A stretch of DNA of 64,000 nucleotides from an uncultured virus (IMG/VR IMGVR_UViG_2540341129_000004) (taxonomy: Duplodnaviria; Heunggongvirae; Uroviricota; Caudoviricetes). The DNA lies in the IMG/VR virus record IMGVR_UViG_2540341129_000004; one strand, given 5' to 3'. Made by a program: the position numbers and the translations under genes. Shown here in pieces: positions 53,054 to 62,850 of the stretch. The first letter of the stretch is position 1, and every line of letters starts with the position of its first letter. The notes below the pieces were generated by a model that had not been told where the DNA came from, made no database searches, and saw nothing but the letters and a program-made list of their open reading frames with translations.

Positions 53054-54919
53054 ATGACAGCTGTTTTAAGAATTAACGAAGAGTTAAACGGAATTGAACT
53101 TTATTTTGATAGTAAACCAGAACAAGAGGTTTTAACTCATCTTAAATCAAACGGTTTTCGATACTCTGGATTCAAAAAATGTTGGTGGAGCAAGCGGACA
53201 GAAAAATCAATGCAGGTCGCTAATGGTGTCAATAAACAAGAAATCTCATCTTCTAAAACAATCACTAAAACCAAAAAGAAAGCTAAGGGCGTAAAAATGA
53301 GTCTGTGGGATGCAACACAATGGAGTGAAGTAGAAGTAAATAAGGAACAAGAAGTAAAAGAAATGGCAAAGGAAATAAGAAAGCATATAAGACAACGTTT
53401 CCCACAATGCAAATTCTCTGTTACTACTGGGGGAAGCAATTCACATAGCACTATTAACATCACAATCAAATCAAGTCCTTATGAAAAAGGCTCAGCTTAT
53501 TTGACTGCGATTTATGATTATTGCAACAGCCTTTTAAACAATTATCGCCATTGCTACAGCCCAGCAGATCCTTACACTGATTACGCAGGTAGTTACAATT
53601 TCTATGGTCGTGTTTCATTAGATTGGGAATACACAGTGACAGAACAAACAGAAGAAATTAAAGAAGATATGACACTGTTTGATTCAAAGATGGAAGAATT
53701 CGAAGAAGCCGAGAAAGCGAGACAAGAAAAAGAACTTCAGGAATATTTAAAAGAGCAAGAGCTTAAAAATGCTGAATATAAGAGACGGCAAGAAGAAAAG
53801 AAACAAGTCGAAAAAATCTATAGCAGCATTGTAGTAAAACAACTGAATGAAGATCAAGAGTATTTTGTTATTGATGCACAGTTTGCCAACTTAAACAAAA
53901 ATCAAACACTTAATCAATATAAAGACGAGGTTGTTAAAGGTGACTACAGACTTGAAAATGTAAAAATTACAAAAGAAGTGCATTTCAATACTGAAGAAAC
54001 TTTAACCAACTTTTCTAACTTGCTTTTAAATGATTTTGATTTTCTTGCGGAAACCGGTGGAAGTTTTACGGAAGACAACAGAATCAACTCAATGATTGAT
54101 TATTACAATATGGACGATTTAGAAAAGAACACAGTTAAATGGAATTTATATGGCGTAGGAGTGTACTACGGCGGGAAATTGCAATTTATTGTAGATGCTC
54201 AAGGCTATTCTTATGCAAGATATGTTGGCTTAGTGGATAATGCAAAAATCGAAAAGTCGATTTCTCATAAGCAAGCTTTAAAAGAAGAATTGCAGGAGTT
54301 GAAATATCAAGCGGGAAAAATAGAAGATCTTTCAAGCTCAGTCATTGAAGAATTAAATATATTTGCAACCTGGAATAATGAAGACTGGGACAAATATAAA
54401 ACTTCACTCAAAGAAAAATTGAAATTGAATAATTTAAATTTGAGTAAAAATGTTATCCAACAAGCACATACAGAAAAATTAAAAATTGCTTTATACAGAA
54501 TTCTCCATGAAGTTGACAGCATTCAAGAACAATTTAAAAATGCTGATCTTGAAAAAGGTGAAAAATATACTCTGTTTTACATATCTGATCTTGGCTCTTT
54601 AATTACTGAAAGAATAACATATGACAGTTACCGGCCAACTAAATATGCCCAATATGATAATGCAGTCAAGTTGACATACCGTCCTGAAAGTAAAAGAAAA
54701 TTATATTATCGTCACTTCTATTCAGAATTATTGATGTTCAAAGGGTGGCACTCACTTCCCGAAACAGTATTGAATAATGTAGAGGTTAAACCAGGTGGAA
54801 TGAAAATAATTCATAGTAAGTACCACTCTTGTGACAAAAGACAATTTGATGAGGTTTTAGGTTACTTAAATAAAAAAAGCTTCAAACCAATAATCAACAC
54901 GTACAAGCCTAATTTATAA
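53054..54919 (+). CDS. Large polyvalent-type protein (LPD29-like domain)
   Basis: AKEIRKHIRQRFPQCKFSVT..INITI..YTDY..NFY pattern; N-terminal IELYF..KP..LK.NGFR....KCWW. Confidence 0.6.
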   Translation: MTAVLRINEELNGIELYFDSKPEQEVLTHLKSNGFRYSGFKKCWWSKRTEKSMQVANGVNKQEISSSKTITKTKKKAKGVKMSLWDATQWSEVEVNKEQEVKEMAKEIRKHIRQRFPQCKFSVTTGGSNSHSTINITIKSSPYEKGSAYLTAIYDYCNSLLNNYRHCYSPADPYTDYAGSYNFYGRVSLDWEYTVTEQTEEIKEDMTLFDSKMEEFEEAEKARQEKELQEYLKEQELKNAEYKRRQEEKKQVEKIYSSIVVKQLNEDQEYFVIDAQFANLNKNQTLNQYKDEVVKGDYRLENVKITKEVHFNTEETLTNFSNLLLNDFDFLAETGGSFTEDNRINSMIDYYNMDDLEKNTVKWNLYGVGVYYGGKLQFIVDAQGYSYARYVGLVDNAKIEKSISHKQALKEELQELKYQAGKIEDLSSSVIEELNIFATWNNEDWDKYKTSLKEKLKLNNLNLSKNVIQQAHTEKLKIALYRILHEVDSIQEQFKNADLEKGEKYTLFYISDLGSLITERITYDSYRPTKYAQYDNAVKLTYRPESKRKLYYRHFYSELLMFKGWHSLPETVLNNVEVKPGGMKIIHSKYHSCDKRQFDEVLGYLNKKSFKPIINTYKPNL

Positions 54920-54970
54920 ACTTATAGGGGATGGGAAAACATCTCATTCCCTAAAAAGGGAGAATAAAAA

Positions 54971-56572
54971 ATGTTTAAAGATAATCCGGATTTTTATCCG
55001 ACACCACCACAGTTAATCCGAAAAATGACATCTAAAGTAGAATGGAAGTACATTAACTCCGTTTTGGAGCCGTCAGCAGGTAAAGGAAACTTAGTAGAAG
55101 CTATTCACAATCAATTTAAAAACACCAGCAACTATAGAAGGAATTCGAAATATGACATTGATGCAATTGAACAAGATGAAAACTTACGACACATACTTAA
55201 AGGCAAAGATTACAGAGTGATAGCAGACGATTTTCTGACGTTTAACACTTACAAGAAGTATGATTTGATTTTTATGAATCCACCTTTTAGTAGCGGTGTT
55301 AAACATTTATTAAAGGCGATTGAATTAATTGAAAAGCAACAAAGATCCGGCCAAATTGTTTGCTTACTAAATGCCGAAACATTAAAAAATCCGTATTCAA
55401 ATGACAGGAAATTTCTTATACGTAAGCTAGAGGAAATAAATGCAGAAGTTGAATACATTCAAAACGCTTTTTCAAACTCAGAGCGAAACACAGAAGTTGA
55501 AACGGCGCTAATTTACATAAGCATTGAAAAACAAGAATATGACAGTGTTCTAATAGAAGAATTGAAAAAAGATGAGTCCCATAAAATTAGTGCCGATTAT
55601 AAAGCAACACAGTTAGTGAATGCAGACTTTATAAAAGGAATTGTAGAACAGTTCAATTATGAAATCAAAGCGGGTTTAAAATTAATCAATGAATATAACA
55701 GTTTAAAACCATTAATGCTGCATAGTTTCAATGATGACAGTACTCCAATATTGAAACTACAAATTGATAAGAATACCGAAGAAAATGACATAGAGAATAC
55801 ATATATAAAACAAATTAGAGCGAAGTATTGGAACACGTTGTTTAACAATGATCAGTTTATGGGGCTCTTTACAAGCAACCTAAAACAAAAATACTTGCAG
55901 CACGTTGAGGAATTAAAAGATTATGACTTTTCTTTGTTCAATATCTATACATTAAGAATTCAGATGAGCAAAGAGATGACGCAGGGCGTAGAAGATACAA
56001 TACTTAATCTTTTTGAAGAATTTAGTCACAAGCATTACTATGATGAATCATCAAAAAATGTGCACTTATATAATGGGTGGAAAACAAATAAATCATATAA
56101 AATTAATAAAAAAATAATTATACCACTAAACGGGTATTGTAGTTGGCTCGGTCACTATAGTCCAACAGACTACAAGGTCTTAGAAAAGTTGAAAGATATT
56201 GAAAAAGTTTTCAATTACCTTGACATTGGGTTAACAGAAGACATTAACATAGATGAATCTCTAAAACTAGCTAAGCATTACGGTGAAACGAAAAAAATAG
56301 AATTAAAGTACTTCTATGTAACTTTCTATAAAAAAGGAACATGTCACATCGAGTTTAAAGATATGGAAATTCTCAAGAAATTTAATATCTTTGGCAGTCA
56401 AAAGAAAAACTGGCTTCCTCCTTCGTATGGTAAGGTAAAATATCAGGATATGACAACAGAAGAAAAAGACGTAATCAATAATTTTGAGGGTGCACAATCT
56501 TACAATGAAACGGTAAATAACGCTTCTTATTATATCCTGGATACATCGAAGCTTCTCATGCTTACATCATAA
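54971..56572 (+). CDS. Amino (N6-adenine-type) DNA methyltransferase with DUF4942-like C-terminus
   Basis: DFYPTP, VLEPSAGKG (motif I), MNPPF (motif IV), C-terminal FYKKGTCHIEF. Confidence 0.85.
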   Translation: MFKDNPDFYPTPPQLIRKMTSKVEWKYINSVLEPSAGKGNLVEAIHNQFKNTSNYRRNSKYDIDAIEQDENLRHILKGKDYRVIADDFLTFNTYKKYDLIFMNPPFSSGVKHLLKAIELIEKQQRSGQIVCLLNAETLKNPYSNDRKFLIRKLEEINAEVEYIQNAFSNSERNTEVETALIYISIEKQEYDSVLIEELKKDESHKISADYKATQLVNADFIKGIVEQFNYEIKAGLKLINEYNSLKPLMLHSFNDDSTPILKLQIDKNTEENDIENTYIKQIRAKYWNTLFNNDQFMGLFTSNLKQKYLQHVEELKDYDFSLFNIYTLRIQMSKEMTQGVEDTILNLFEEFSHKHYYDESSKNVHLYNGWKTNKSYKINKKIIIPLNGYCSWLGHYSPTDYKVLEKLKDIEKVFNYLDIGLTEDINIDESLKLAKHYGETKKIELKYFYVTFYKKGTCHIEFKDMEILKKFNIFGSQKKNWLPPSYGKVKYQDMTTEEKDVINNFEGAQSYNETVNNASYYILDTSKLLMLTS

Positions 56573-56609
56573 CAAAATACGCGCTTTTATAATAAAAATA
56601 AAATAGGTA

Positions 56610-56638
56610 TTGATTATTTAAAATAGTCATGCTATACT
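56610..56638 (+). promoter_or_regulatory. sigmaA promoter bracketed by two 16-bp motifs
   Basis: TTGATT-N17-TATACT with TG; motifs at 56589-56604 and 56678-56693. Confidence 0.75.
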
Positions 56639-56713
56639 TAAATCAAGTTAAAACAACAGCGGAGTATACATATTTTAAGAATAAAAATAAAATAGTTAAT
56701 AGGGGTGGCGGAG

Positions 56714-57478
56714 ATGGCAAATGAAAAAGTAATCATGACAAAAAGTTTGAATTTATCTGCTCAAAGAGAAGAGAATATGAAAAAAGAAAAAATAGGTCAA
56801 TTGGTCGAAGTCACATACTCAAACGGTCAAACATACAGAGGACGCATTACAAAGATAGACAAATATACTATTGAGTTCCTTGATGAAAAAACCAACCTAG
56901 AAATCAGTGACGTTGTACGTGGTTTCGCTACAATAATTGAGGAAAAAGAGGAAGTATCTAATGATGGTACTCATGTAATAGAACACTTCCTTGAAGAATG
57001 GAAAAAGAAAGTTTACAAATGGTATATCAACCAAAGAGAATTGTTTGAAAAGGAAAAGCGTAAAATAGCTCAAAGAGTGAAGCTTTCAAAAGAGGAAATT
57101 TTAAAAATAAACAGTGACCTAATAGCTAATCAAGTTGAGCGTAGACGAGCATACAAAGAAGAACAAAAATATTTAAAAGACTTGGAGTTTAGTAAAGTAG
57201 CAATAGATTTTATTGAGATGCATCCTAAATATTTCGAGAAGAATATAAAGTCTTACTTAAATAGTGAAGCGTATGTTAAAAAAGTTAAACTGATGAGTCG
57301 TATTAAGAAAGAAGTTGGACAAATCACAAACGCAGCTGACTTACATATTAGCAACAATGGAGAGATAAACGGAATCGTGCACGGTGAAAAAGGAGCGGTT
57401 AACGTTGAAACAATAAGCGCAGGTGGGTTCAATGTACAGTGCTTTCACTATCGAGTTTTAGTTAAGCCAGTTAGATAA
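56714..57478 (+). CDS. Hypothetical phage protein
   Basis: C-terminal NG.V.GEKG...VETI.AGG.N.QC.HYRVL motif; own promoter. Confidence 0.7.
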   Translation: MANEKVIMTKSLNLSAQREENMKKEKIGQLVEVTYSNGQTYRGRITKIDKYTIEFLDEKTNLEISDVVRGFATIIEEKEEVSNDGTHVIEHFLEEWKKKVYKWYINQRELFEKEKRKIAQRVKLSKEEILKINSDLIANQVERRRAYKEEQKYLKDLEFSKVAIDFIEMHPKYFEKNIKSYLNSEAYVKKVKLMSRIKKEVGQITNAADLHISNNGEINGIVHGEKGAVNVETISAGGFNVQCFHYRVLVKPVR

Positions 57479-57537
57479 CGAATCCCCTAAAAGGGTTTTG
57501 TTAAAATGCATATTTTAAACAGAATGGAGAGATTGAA

Positions 57538-57675
57538 ATGAAAGAAGTTAGCCACAACGAATGGATGAATACGGTTAAGAAGTTGAATGAAGGGCAACCA
57601 AGTGTTGTTGATCTGGTTAATCAGCAAATTGAATCATATGAGAATGATAAAGAGGGCAGGGATGAAAATGAATGA
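57538..57675 (+). CDS. Hypothetical 45-aa protein (not in ORF track)
   Basis: GGAGAG RBS; MKEVSHNEWMNTVKKL... Confidence 0.55.
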   Translation: MKEVSHNEWMNTVKKLNEGQPSVVDLVNQQIESYENDKEGRDENE

Positions 57676-57874
57676 GAGTACAGTGAAACAATACCTTGAA
57701 ACATTTTTTTAATTGGATGGGCTAGAATTTATATTTAATGATGGTCAAAGGATTGTTTTTTCTGGTCCGATGGGTGATATTGTTTATACTTAGACAAAAA
57801 AGTTGATGTCAGAGGAAAGTTTAATAGGTGTGATCAGTAAAGTATATAACATGAAGTAAAAGGTGGTAGTCTGA

Positions 57875-58177
57875 ATGAAATATAGTAAAGACGAAGAGTT
57901 TAAAAACACTGTAGCTAGTTGGACTGTTTTTTTCTTATTGAAACCATTAACAACTGTACATACAACTTTGTTAACAAATAAAGAGGACGTTGAAGAAGAG
58001 ACAATAATTAAACTAGCAAAGGCGAAGATACAGACTGAATTAGGTCTTGATATTGATCAGGTTGGAAAAAGGTTAGGGACTAATGATAACTTTGGAGAAG
58101 GCTGGATTATCGTAGAACAAAATGACAATTCTGCTACTGATAAGGAACTTGAGTTATTGCCTATTAATAAAATTTAA
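57875..58177 (+). CDS. Hypothetical protein
   Basis: AAGGTGG RBS, 100 aa. Confidence 0.6.
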   Translation: MKYSKDEEFKNTVASWTVFFLLKPLTTVHTTLLTNKEDVEEETIIKLAKAKIQTELGLDIDQVGKRLGTNDNFGEGWIIVEQNDNSATDKELELLPINKI

Positions 58178-58363
58178 TCAAAATAGAAATATATTTGCTA
58201 ATAGAAATGTTATGGACATTTAGGGAACTTTCATAAGAAATAACAATACTTTTAGCAGAGGTGGCTTTTGCTCTTTAATATTACCCTTAACTAAAGTCAG
58301 GTATCTGAACTATTAGTTAAACTAAATAAAACAACAATTTGAAATAGAACGGGGAGAATTAAT

Positions 58364-58729
58364 TTGGATAAAAGTCAATTAATAAAGGTTGGTTCAACAG
58401 TATATCTTAAACCAATCAATAATGCCGCACGATATGGAAGAAAAGATATTCTAGAGAAAGTTGTGTTAAAAAAAGGAAGGAAATATTTCTATGTTGGAAA
58501 TACAGGAGAGACAGAAATAAGACGCATGTTTAAGTTTTCTTTAGAGGATATGACAGAAGTGACAGAATATAGTCCTGACTGGGAACTTTATTTGTCCAAA
58601 CAAGATATTATTGATAAGGAAGAGAAGAAAAAGTTAATTTTCGATATACGCTCAGTCTTTGATAGATGGTCATCGGTTGATTTAACGTTAGATCAATTAA
58701 GAAGGATAAATGCAATCATATCTGAATAA
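58364..58729 (+). CDS. Hypothetical phage protein
   Basis: GGGGAG RBS; KVG..VYL..V.KKGRKYFYV beta-barrel-like pattern. Confidence 0.65.
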   Translation: MDKSQLIKVGSTVYLKPINNAARYGRKDILEKVVLKKGRKYFYVGNTGETEIRRMFKFSLEDMTEVTEYSPDWELYLSKQDIIDKEEKKKLIFDIRSVFDRWSSVDLTLDQLRRINAIISE

Positions 58730-58760
58730 AACAGCAGTTTTGATGAGAGGAGAATAAAGC

Positions 58761-59087
58761 ATGACAAAATCAAAATTAAATGAAAACATCCTTCAATTCT
58801 TACTGGACAACGGCTTTAAACTAAAGGAATATGAAGATCAGGGGTTGACATTTTATTCTAAGGAAATAAAAGACGGTCAAACATTGAAAAGATTAATTGA
58901 ACATCATTATGAACTCGAGGAAGATGAAGAGATTAATACAAAAGGAGTAAGCTTTACTGTAGAGATACAGACAAATGGGGAGTCACCTCAATGGGTCTTT
59001 ACTGGTAGGCATGAAATGTTTGGCATTCTTGAAGGTCAACAGCAGTTTTTTGAATATGTAAAAGAAATTAAGCCATTAATTAGTTAG
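58761..59087 (+). CDS. Hypothetical protein
   Basis: AGGAG RBS. Confidence 0.65.
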   Translation: MTKSKLNENILQFLLDNGFKLKEYEDQGLTFYSKEIKDGQTLKRLIEHHYELEEDEEINTKGVSFTVEIQTNGESPQWVFTGRHEMFGILEGQQQFFEYVKEIKPLIS

Positions 59088-59122
59088 GCAACTGAGTAGC
59101 TAAAGAGAGGGGAAATATAGCC

Positions 59123-59287
59123 ATGAAGGTTAAACAATTAATTGATTCATTGCAAACCATGTTGGAGAAAGGTGAAATAAAGGAGGAAACACAGATCCTA
59201 CTCAATACATATGACGACTGTATGTACGAAGTAGCATGTGTTGAGTCACTGGGAGAGTTTGTACAAATAGAAGCTGAGATTAAATAA
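59123..59287 (+). CDS. Hypothetical 54-aa protein (not in ORF track)
   Basis: GAGGGG RBS; MKVKQLIDSLQ... Confidence 0.6.
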   Translation: MKVKQLIDSLQTMLEKGEIKEETQILLNTYDDCMYEVACVESLGEFVQIEAEIK

Positions 59288-59312
59288 AACATGTGCAAGA
59301 AAGGTGATTAAC

Positions 59313-59510
59313 ATGAAGAAATGGATTAAATTTGACTACGATGATGGAGCGGAAGTTTCTTATAAGATAAACAACCCTGACCCTAACAGAGAGATTACCA
59401 TTGATTTTAAGGTGAAACAGTCAGAAGAAGACGTTAAAGAGTTTCAGCTATACGATGATGAATTAGAACAAGTATACAATCAATTACAAGAAATGAAAAA
59501 AGGGTTGTAA
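59313..59510 (+). CDS. Hypothetical acidic protein
   Basis: AAAGGTG RBS before ATG 59313. Confidence 0.6.
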   Translation: MKKWIKFDYDDGAEVSYKINNPDPNREITIDFKVKQSEEDVKEFQLYDDELEQVYNQLQEMKKGL

Positions 59511-59686
59511 TGGGATATAGCAAAGATTTTGCAATCAATCTTGCAAATGAGAGAGCAAACAAACTTGGGTTTAAGCATCATGTCATTCATAATCCTAAAG
59601 ATTATAGAGAAATTTTTAATAATACAGGCTTTGTTGTGGCACAGACAGTAAATGAAAAGACATCTGTTGTTTACGAAACAGAATAA
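59510..59686 (+). CDS. Hypothetical 58-aa protein (not in ORF track)
   Basis: TAATG overlap with the previous stop; MGYSKDFAINLANERA... Confidence 0.55.
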   Translation: MGYSKDFAINLANERANKLGFKHHVIHNPKDYREIFNNTGFVVAQTVNEKTSVVYETE

Positions 59687-59703
59687 AAAGGGGAGATAAA
59701 ACA

Positions 59704-59814
59704 ATGGATAACTTACTTATCACGTGTGAAGAGTGTGGATATAAATGGAATGGCGATGACTTTGATGAAGACTGTCCATCATGTGAAAGCGAAAATATCA
59801 AAGTTATTGGATGA
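59704..59814 (+). CDS. 36-aa zinc-ribbon microprotein (not in ORF track)
   Basis: AAGGGGAG RBS; CEEC...CPSC. Confidence 0.65.
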   Translation: MDNLLITCEECGYKWNGDDFDEDCPSCESENIKVIG

Positions 59815-59955
59815 AACGTTAGTATTCCAAAGCCTATTTTAAATAAAAACACCATTTAATTCGAAACGCTTCTTTATCATCGCAAAGAAAAAATGTAAAA
59901 TCCACCTATAGGCATGAGTTGTCAATGATATTGAGACGTCCTTGGGGGGAGAAAT

Positions 59956-60840
59956 TTGAAAAATAAACTTGAAAAATTGCTTCTTGAAAAGGGTTTATGT
60001 GAATTTCATATTAAGGAAATGAAGGAAACCAAAAATATAAGTGAGTATCCATATGAATTGTATTATGATGAAGTCGGAAACAGCGAAAAACTATATCGGG
60101 ATGTTCCGTTAAAAAAAATTAAGAGTTTAGGATTCAGGGGAACCAGTGGTGTGTCTTGGTTTGATCACGCGTGTTATAACGGTACAGATAATATTGACAT
60201 TGGCCGATGTGAAAAAGCTTTTGAATTCTTGAAAAAACAAAGTCTAGAAGAATTTCACACTTATTATCAACACTCACCAGTGAAATTGGTTCATTATGAA
60301 GATGATGACTTTTATGCTGTTTACGGTGATGGAACACACCGTACAATTTGGGCCAAGATAACAGGAGCTCCAACAATTTATGCTCAAGTAACTAGAGCAA
60401 GAAAGAATCCTTCCTTATATAAATCATACTTAAGATTTAAAGAATTAGAATCACAGATTAATAGGTATTTTAAGGAGAATGACCTTAGCTGGGGAGTTAA
60501 AAAAAGTCAACACTATTCAGAAATCCTTTACAAAGGTATGCCAGTAACACTCTATTCTATAGATCCGCCTTACTCATTTAAGCGATCTTCCTACAGTCTC
60601 AATGATCAAAAGTTGGATACATGGAATAAGGAATTAAATGAATTTATGATTGAGTTTGAAGAGAGTTTACGCTATAGGAAAATCTTTCGCAATGTTATGA
60701 AGATTACGCCCGGAAAATTAGAGCACAAACTTTTTTCTTTTATTGAAAAGATAAGTGAAAGTTGGTCTGCAGCTAATGGAAAGGCAAGAATTATAAAACA
60801 AGGATTCGATATGTATTGTATCGATAAACAAATCATTTAA
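59956..60840 (+). CDS. Protein with ParB/Srx-like motif
   Basis: PVKL..YAVYGDGTHR..AK..G...I.A.V. Confidence 0.55.
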   Translation: MKNKLEKLLLEKGLCEFHIKEMKETKNISEYPYELYYDEVGNSEKLYRDVPLKKIKSLGFRGTSGVSWFDHACYNGTDNIDIGRCEKAFEFLKKQSLEEFHTYYQHSPVKLVHYEDDDFYAVYGDGTHRTIWAKITGAPTIYAQVTRARKNPSLYKSYLRFKELESQINRYFKENDLSWGVKKSQHYSEILYKGMPVTLYSIDPPYSFKRSSYSLNDQKLDTWNKELNEFMIEFEESLRYRKIFRNVMKITPGKLEHKLFSFIEKISESWSAANGKARIIKQGFDMYCIDKQII

Positions 60841-60898
60841 GTTACTTTAAAATATGTACAACAGCATGAGGGATGACGAAGAAACTAAAGGAGAAGTG

Positions 60899-61405
60899 AT
60901 GAAAAAGTTAATAATTTTATGTTTGGGTATTATCGGGGTATTTCTTATAGTTCAGTGTAGTAAATTTAACAACAATACAGAAGTTTATGTGGATACTCAA
61001 TTAGAGGGAAATCACGATGATGAAAATGAAAGAAAAAGTTATTATGACAATGATTCAAGTCAAGAAAGTGAAGCGCTTAATGACAAATATTTAAACCGAG
61101 AAGAGAATAAGGAATATGACATTTACGCATATGATTTAACAACTAGGGAAATTCAATCACGTAATGGACAAGACGAATATGTTTATAGAGGCAACGTGAT
61201 CTCTAGTAGTCAAGCCGAAAGCTATGGTTATCACACAACACCAATTACTAAGGAAGTAGCTAAATCAATTAAATTTTGGAGGAACGATGTAGATTTTGTT
61301 CCTAAAAAGGGTGAGATTGTTCTGGTTAAATTTCCTAAGGGTAATTATAAAACCTATATTGATATTGAGCTTATGTATAAGCCAACTGGAGATTGGAATT
61401 GGTGA
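60899..61405 (+). CDS. Exported or lipoprotein-like hypothetical protein
   Basis: MKK plus hydrophobic stretch ending IVQC; AAAGGAG RBS. Confidence 0.65.
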   Translation: MKKLIILCLGIIGVFLIVQCSKFNNNTEVYVDTQLEGNHDDENERKSYYDNDSSQESEALNDKYLNREENKEYDIYAYDLTTREIQSRNGQDEYVYRGNVISSSQAESYGYHTTPITKEVAKSIKFWRNDVDFVPKKGEIVLVKFPKGNYKTYIDIELMYKPTGDWNW

Positions 61406-61455
61406 ACAAAACATCAACGGGATTCGGGCTGCTCACATGAGAACAGCCCTTGCAG

Positions 61456-62547
61456 TTAGCTCGCAATCCTTGTTTTGACTGGTTTGTTTTTCTTGATATT
61501 ACGTAATTTAAGAGCGGGTTTTTCCACTATTCTGTACGAAAGAAATGCGGATGCAGCAGTAACAGCAATTAGGGCTATGATCAGCGGGTAATCAGACAAT
61601 GTTTTATTAATTCCAGTGTATAAGAAGATGTTGATGATCACCATGTGCCATATGAAAATCCCCATACTGATATCATCTAACCGGTTCAGCTGCCACAATA
61701 TCTTCGGCCCATTGTACCCGAACCAAATAATTGCATAGCTCAAAGGAATGAACCATAAAAAGCTCCATAGTGTACTGTTTATTGAACTGAGATGTAGAAG
61801 GTCAAATTTAAAGAATAAAAATAAAATTATAGAGCAGAAAAATAAAACGATATGCTGCGGTGACTTTCTCCATGCCTTTGCCCAGAAGATGCCCAAAGTG
61901 AAATAAAACATCTGTGGCAGGAAAGAATGTAAGTACAGGTTACCGATCAAACTGTCAGGCGAGTACTTCAATGTTATAAAAGAAACCAACACACTGAAAG
62001 CGGAAACAGCAAAAGAGCAAAGAATCATTTTTTTGAATCCGAAACGTTTATAAAACCAATAAATTGCGGGTAACACAAGGTAAAAGCTAATCTGAACAGG
62101 AATTGTCCAAAGTGAATCGTTAAGGCGACCTGTGCCAATGTGATGGAATATGTCAGGGAAGTATTGAGGATATAACACAAAATTGCTAAGAAGCCATGTC
62201 CAGTACTCTTTAGTAGTGAATACTGTTAATGAAAGAGCTCCTAGAATAATTAGCAGTACAGTGGAGGCAAGAGCATAGGTGTATATTGCGGGTGCGATCC
62301 TGATAATTCGGCTCCAATAAAAATCAGTTACATTATTCCCTTTAAGCTTGGATCTTTCATAGGAAGTGAAAAGAAAAAATGCGCTTAGAAAAAAGAAAAT
62401 TGATATGCCGGTGTGAAATATTGCTTTACTCTCTGGGGTATAACCAAAGACAGAAATGTTAAGATCTCTTGTAGCGTGACCAATCAACACACAAAGCGCA
62501 GCAAAAAGCCTGACAAAAAAGAAACAATTAGAGTGTTTTACATTCAT
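61456..62547 (-). CDS. Acyltransferase-3 family membrane O-acyltransferase
   Basis: R.FAA..V.IGH, IFFFLSAF, F...RIIRI.P, SLWTIP, S.GIFIWH, SY..VEKP; ~10 TM. Start ATG 62547. Confidence 0.85.
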   Translation of the reverse strand: MNVKHSNCFFFVRLFAALCVLIGHATRDLNISVFGYTPESKAIFHTGISIFFFLSAFFLFTSYERSKLKGNNVTDFYWSRIIRIAPAIYTYALASTVLLIILGALSLTVFTTKEYWTWLLSNFVLYPQYFPDIFHHIGTGRLNDSLWTIPVQISFYLVLPAIYWFYKRFGFKKMILCSFAVSAFSVLVSFITLKYSPDSLIGNLYLHSFLPQMFYFTLGIFWAKAWRKSPQHIVLFFCSIILFLFFKFDLLHLSSINSTLWSFLWFIPLSYAIIWFGYNGPKILWQLNRLDDISMGIFIWHMVIINIFLYTGINKTLSDYPLIIALIAVTAASAFLSYRIVEKPALKLRNIKKNKPVKTRIAS

Positions 62548-62850
62548 TAAAAGAACCTCTTTCCTATACCATATGGCGAATAAGCAGTAAGGCTGCCTAT
62601 AAGCAGTGATGATTATATCATAAAAATGGAAGATACGTTCTTGAAAATGAACTAAAATAAATATTTTTGTTCTCAATAAGGTATATTTGTGTGATATAGG
62701 GAGGTGTAGATACTTATAAATACACGTATATATTCATAGATGCATGTATATCTAGCTATATCATGAAGAATACAGATAAATCAAGAAGTACCTGCCTGTT
62801 CTTTCGCCTTTATTTCAAATATAGTATAATTTGGAAAAGGGGGAGAGGAA

